From Acaryochloris thomasi RCC1774 (GTDB taxonomy: Bacteria; Cyanobacteriota; Cyanobacteriia; Thermosynechococcales; Thermosynechococcaceae): a stretch of 15,912 nt of DNA. A program made the position numbers and the translations under genes. Where the stretch lies: the NCBI RefSeq assembly GCF_003231495.1, contig NZ_PQWO01000047.1:1-15912 (forward strand). The letters are read 5' to 3'. The notes below the pieces were generated by a model. It searched no databases, was not told where the DNA came from, and saw only the letters and a list, made by a program, of their open reading frames with translations. Position 1 is the stretch's first letter; each line of letters begins with the position of its first letter. Shown here piece after piece: positions 12,879-15,912 of the stretch.

Positions 12879-15392
12879 TCAGACGATTAGCCGCCAAAGA
12901 CCTGCGGCCAGACCAATCGTGGTCAAATGCTGGGGCATAAGAGTCCAGAATGATTGACGGCCGATTTTCTGAGTTAACAGCAGGGTTAGAACGACTGCGG
13001 CCATCAACGTTGACCCCTGCAAAAAGTTGATGACGGCCGGATGGGCTACCAAAATCGGCAGGTCAATACTCGAGAGACCAAAGGTCGCTAGCGTAATCGG
13101 TAAAATTTGCCCCGCCTCGGTTAAGCCCAAGTCAAGGTAGTGAGCTAGGCTGCTGCCAAGGACGAGCGGGAGGTAGCCATAGGCCATCTCGACAAAAGGG
13201 CGGGGCTTTCTCTGTAAGGAATATTGAAACCTGTAGGTGATTAGAGGGATTAGAGATGCGATCGCAAGCACACCAACAGACACCCCTAAGTGCGGCCAAA
13301 ACTCACCTAAGCGCAAATTGACCGGCAGCAGCGACTCGATCTCCGGCAACCGATGCAGGAAAATACCGCCCAGCAACAGCAGCAGCAGCGCCACCTCATA
13401 GCTACGGGGCTGATGGGTCGTCCACAGCTCAATCCCAGGGGGGCGCAGATTCACCTCAACCGAGCGATGGGGACAAGCCTTGAGGCAGGTCATACACAAT
13501 ACACAGTCTCGATTTTCCTCTAGCTGAGCGGGATGAGAATAGATCGGACAGCCGTTCGTTTCTTGTCCCTCACCCTTTTCAGGACCGCCCTTGTAGCACT
13601 GGTAGGTACTGCACTCCGCCGAACAGGTGCCCTGCTGGGCGCGCAGCTCGGTCATCGAAAGTTTGGCAAACAGGCCGTTCATCCCACCAATCGGGCACAG
13701 GTAGCGGCACCAAAAGCGACGCTCAAAGATCACGGAAAAAATTACTGCCCCCGCCGTAATCAACAGCAGCAGACAGCTCGACAGATAGGCCGTATTCTCT
13801 AGATTCCATAGCTCCTCCCAGAGGAAGATCAGCACAAATAAACTGTAGAGAAACCAGCCGCCCCATCGTTCCGCTTCCTGGCGAGGCCAGCTTTTGAGCT
13901 GCCGGGGCACCAGCCACAGCGACAGCTTTTGCGCCACCTCGCCATAGATCATGAATGGACAGACCGAACACCACAAACGACCTACGAACGGAAAGCTGAG
14001 CAGCACCAACGGCCACCACCAAGCCCAAAACAAATTGAGAGCTACGTTCTGATCACGCTGCTGCGGCCCTAAGAACAGCAGCAGGACAACGAGGGCAAAA
14101 GCCGTGAGCGTAAAGCCGTAGTTAATGCGGGTGGGCCACCAGTCACTACGCAGAAACGCGCGAAGTCCTGGATAGGCATTCAGTAAGTTCAGTCGGAACC
14201 GCTGCTTAGGTGCTTGAGCTGGCCAAAACAATTCTTCCGTCAGGTTACAGCTGCCAGAAACCTGAGCCATCGCTCGCTCAATCAATCCCTGCAATTCGGC
14301 TAAATTACCAGGGAAGCTATAGGCCTGCAGTCGTCTGAGAGCGGTCGAGGAAATACCGCGCCTCGAGATACCCTGCTCTTGGGCAGTCAGGCTAATGTAA
14401 TAGCTAACCTGCGTCTTCATGTCAGCCTTGCGAACCCGCAGCGGCGGTACTTTAATGGAGTGCCCGACCCAGCCATCAATCTCAGGGAGAACCTGCTCAG
14501 AAACCATCATGATCCGAGCCTGTGTTTTTTGAGGTGCTACTTGAGAATCACGCGAGACAGGAGTATAGCTTTCGGTCTCCAGAAGAACCTGAAGCTTTTG
14601 CTGTAGCTCTTTTGGTAGCTCTTGAATATTGTTGAGAACGAGGGTGCCCTGCCCCAAGGCTTTTAAAAAACCAGGCTGCCCTCCTGCTCGGCCAAAGAGT
14701 TCGGCCCCGCTAGCCTGTAGCGTTCTGCAGTTGACCTGAATAATTGGCTCGCGTCGCCACTGAGAGCCAAAGTGAATCAGAGCCGCTGCATTATCTTTTT
14801 CCAGACCGGGTTCACCAAAAACGAGGACGGAGCTGCGATCTTGACTGGCCTCCTGAATTTGCTGGCGGAGTTTACTCGCATAGCGGCTCTTGCCGACAAT
14901 GCCGCGCTGCGCTCGAGGGACAAGATAGGGGCGCAGAATGGTCTGTCGTTCCTGCTCTTGGGCAAGCTGTGCCGAGACCTCAGCCAGGTCTTGCGATAAC
15001 TGTCGTGAAACAAGCTGCACCATCTCAGGATGCTGGACTGCAATCTCAAGGAACTCAGCTTTGGGAATCATCCATAGCTGGCAATCTGTAAGGGTAATCG
15101 CCGTATACTGGGTCGGCTGCTCTAGCAGGAGTTCATTAAGGTGCAGAACGGTGCCGGGTAAGAGACTGCTGGCCCAGGCCGCACTTTTTTCATGGGTGCG
15201 ATATTGTTCCATTCTGCCTTCGTACAGAATGTACAGGGCATCTGGCTGCGTATCTTCTAGGACGAGTCGCCGATTTTCCGCAACGCTAATCTCCTGAAGC
15301 GATGGGGCCAGGGCTTTGAGGATGGGTTCAGGGAAGAGGTTGAGTTGAGATCGCTCTTTTAGCCAGATGATAGACTGCTTTGGAGATTCCAT
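12879..15392 (-). CDS. Multidomain protein: cNMP-binding-like domain + sigma54-activator-type AAA+ domain (degenerate) + NapH/NosR-like polytopic 4Fe-4S membrane domain
   Basis: 837-aa uninterrupted ORF with GAGGA 6 nt upstream of the ATG. aa 8-135 form a CNB-like beta-roll (nt 14988-15371). aa 160-380 align by eye along their length with NtrC central domains (VLVFGEPGLEKD, ELFG, GTLVLNNI, ARIMMVSE, VPPLRVRKADM, FPGNLAELQGLIERA). aa 420-837 contain about 9 TM helices with CSVCP (nt 13956-13970), CRYLCP (13692-13709), CSAECSTYQC...GCP and the ferredoxin motif CVLCMTCLKACP (13470-13505). Confidence 0.85.
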   Translation of the reverse strand: MESPKQSIIWLKERSQLNLFPEPILKALAPSLQEISVAENRRLVLEDTQPDALYILYEGRMEQYRTHEKSAAWASSLLPGTVLHLNELLLEQPTQYTAITLTDCQLWMIPKAEFLEIAVQHPEMVQLVSRQLSQDLAEVSAQLAQEQERQTILRPYLVPRAQRGIVGKSRYASKLRQQIQEASQDRSSVLVFGEPGLEKDNAAALIHFGSQWRREPIIQVNCRTLQASGAELFGRAGGQPGFLKALGQGTLVLNNIQELPKELQQKLQVLLETESYTPVSRDSQVAPQKTQARIMMVSEQVLPEIDGWVGHSIKVPPLRVRKADMKTQVSYYISLTAQEQGISRRGISSTALRRLQAYSFPGNLAELQGLIERAMAQVSGSCNLTEELFWPAQAPKQRFRLNLLNAYPGLRAFLRSDWWPTRINYGFTLTAFALVVLLLFLGPQQRDQNVALNLFWAWWWPLVLLSFPFVGRLWCSVCPFMIYGEVAQKLSLWLVPRQLKSWPRQEAERWGGWFLYSLFVLIFLWEELWNLENTAYLSSCLLLLITAGAVIFSVIFERRFWCRYLCPIGGMNGLFAKLSMTELRAQQGTCSAECSTYQCYKGGPEKGEGQETNGCPIYSHPAQLEENRDCVLCMTCLKACPHRSVEVNLRPPGIELWTTHQPRSYEVALLLLLLGGIFLHRLPEIESLLPVNLRLGEFWPHLGVSVGVLAIASLIPLITYRFQYSLQRKPRPFVEMAYGYLPLVLGSSLAHYLDLGLTEAGQILPITLATFGLSSIDLPILVAHPAVINFLQGSTLMAAVVLTLLLTQKIGRQSFWTLMPQHLTTIGLAAGLWRLIV

Positions 15393-15580
15393 CGTTTATC
15401 CTCTATGTCTTCCCTTTATCTTGCCAGACTGCTCCTCACACCTAAGCTAGAGGCGAACAATCTTGACCTTTGGGTGCCCGCAGCACTACTAGGGGTGATT
15501 ATGATCGCTGCGGTCTATTTCTCAAGGATTTGAAGCAGATTTTAGAGGTCTAAATAAGCAGAAGGGATGGAGACGGAGTG

Positions 15581-15808
15581 ATGGCTTGGGAATACATGAC
15601 ATTGACGCTGTTCATCTTACCCGGCACTAAAATTCAGGAGGTCACGATTCGAGATGAGATTCAAAAATCTTGGAACGGCCTACTGTTTGTTGATTTGCTC
15701 AATGGTCTAGGGGCTGAAGACTGGGAATTAACCGGTATCTACAAGCTTACAAACATGAGCATGTGTGTTTTTAAGCGGCCAGCGAATCTAGGGCGTGTCA
15801 TCAATTAA
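15581..15808 (+). CDS. DUF4177-like small protein (75 aa)
   Basis: MAWEY...LLNGLGAEDWELTGI...CVFKRP matches the WEY / LNxLGxEGWEL / FKR pattern of DUF4177 proteins. GGAG-rich leader (GGATGGAGACGGAG). The last 8 nt overlap the convergent transposase stop. Confidence 0.5.
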   Translation: MAWEYMTLTLFILPGTKIQEVTIRDEIQKSWNGLLFVDLLNGLGAEDWELTGIYKLTNMSMCVFKRPANLGRVIN

Positions 15809-15912
15809 GCCATACAACAGAGGCTGCTAGGTAAATAGCTCCTAGAAAATTGACGGCTCGTTTATCGTAGCGTGTGGCAATTGCCCGATACTGCTTGATC
15901 TTGGCAAAAAAG
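15801..15912 (-). mobile_element. IS5-family (DDE) transposase gene, 3' end only; the element continues beyond the window edge
   Basis: The reverse-strand translation, open to the window edge, is FFAKIKQYRAIATRYDKRAVNFLGAIYLAASVVWLN*. The R-x-IATRYDK-x-A-x-NFL-x5-LAA-x3-WL motif is the conserved C-terminus of IS5/IS4-superfamily DDE transposases. It is absent from the ORF track because it is truncated. Confidence 0.68.

Noticed and set aside
12518-12957. ORFs 12518-12727 (minus) and 12739-12957 (plus) overlapping the Ser-rich gene and the 3' end of the large gene
   Set aside because: They are out-of-frame shadows with no SD or motifs.
13533-15297. Multiple ORFs inside or antisense to the 837-aa gene (13533-13802, 13723-14028, 14379-14606, 14744-15091, 14772-14999, 14777-15049, 14938-15297)
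   Set aside because: The 837-aa frame shows continuous domain homology and conserved Cys motifs. The others are Arg/Ala/Ser-rich shadow frames.
1-15912. Search for CRISPR arrays, tRNA or rRNA genes and long direct or inverted repeats
   Set aside because: I saw no regularly spaced repeats, cloverleaf-compatible segments or rRNA-like stretches by eye. A computational scan (tRNAscan-SE, Infernal/Rfam, a CRISPR finder) would be needed to exclude small ncRNAs in the gaps 10760-11015 and 12076-12512.

Overview
This window looks like a cyanobacterial chromosomal segment. The palindromic HIP1 octamer GCGATCGC occurs 12 times, against about 0.24 expected by chance. GC content is roughly 50-65% in the core genes, with lower-GC islets. 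I found no rRNA, tRNA or CRISPR array by eye. Gene order: (1) A translationally coupled MacB/LolD-type ABC ATPase (295-1044) and a duplicated FtsX-type permease (1041-3671). A secreted AttH/CrtC lipocalin-like protein (4633-5757) follows, giving an attEFGH-like set. That set is split by a convergent, 4-nt-overlapping pair on the minus strand: a small acidic protein (4108-4461) and a compact HNH nuclease (3719-4111). (2) A low-GC orphan gene with a C-terminal zinc ribbon (5868-6329). (3) An iron cluster: FTR1/EfeU-type permease (6481-7395), a ferritin/bacterioferritin-like protein 17 nt downstream (7413-7847), and a fused-duplicate Fe3+-type ABC permease, FutB-like (8036-9715). (4) A poorly characterised, HIP1-free, lower-GC stretch (about 10.3-12.9 kb). 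It holds a Cys4-motif protein, a hyper-acidic protein, a 117-aa hypothetical, two tandem small hydrophobic ORFs absent from the ORF track, a secreted histatin-like His/Lys/Phe-rich protein and a secreted Ser-rich protein. (5) An 837-aa minus-strand ORF (12879-15392) that fuses a cNMP-binding-like domain, a sigma54-activator-type AAA+ domain and a NapH/NosR-like membrane polyferredoxin. The AAA+ domain has degenerate Walker A and B motifs and no GAFTGA loop. I consider this the most unusual element in the window. (6) A DUF4177-like small ORF (15581-15808) that converges on, and overlaps by 8 nt, the 3' end of an IS5-family transposase gene running off the window edge (15801-15912). All functional calls rest on motif recognition by eye. 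No database search was run.
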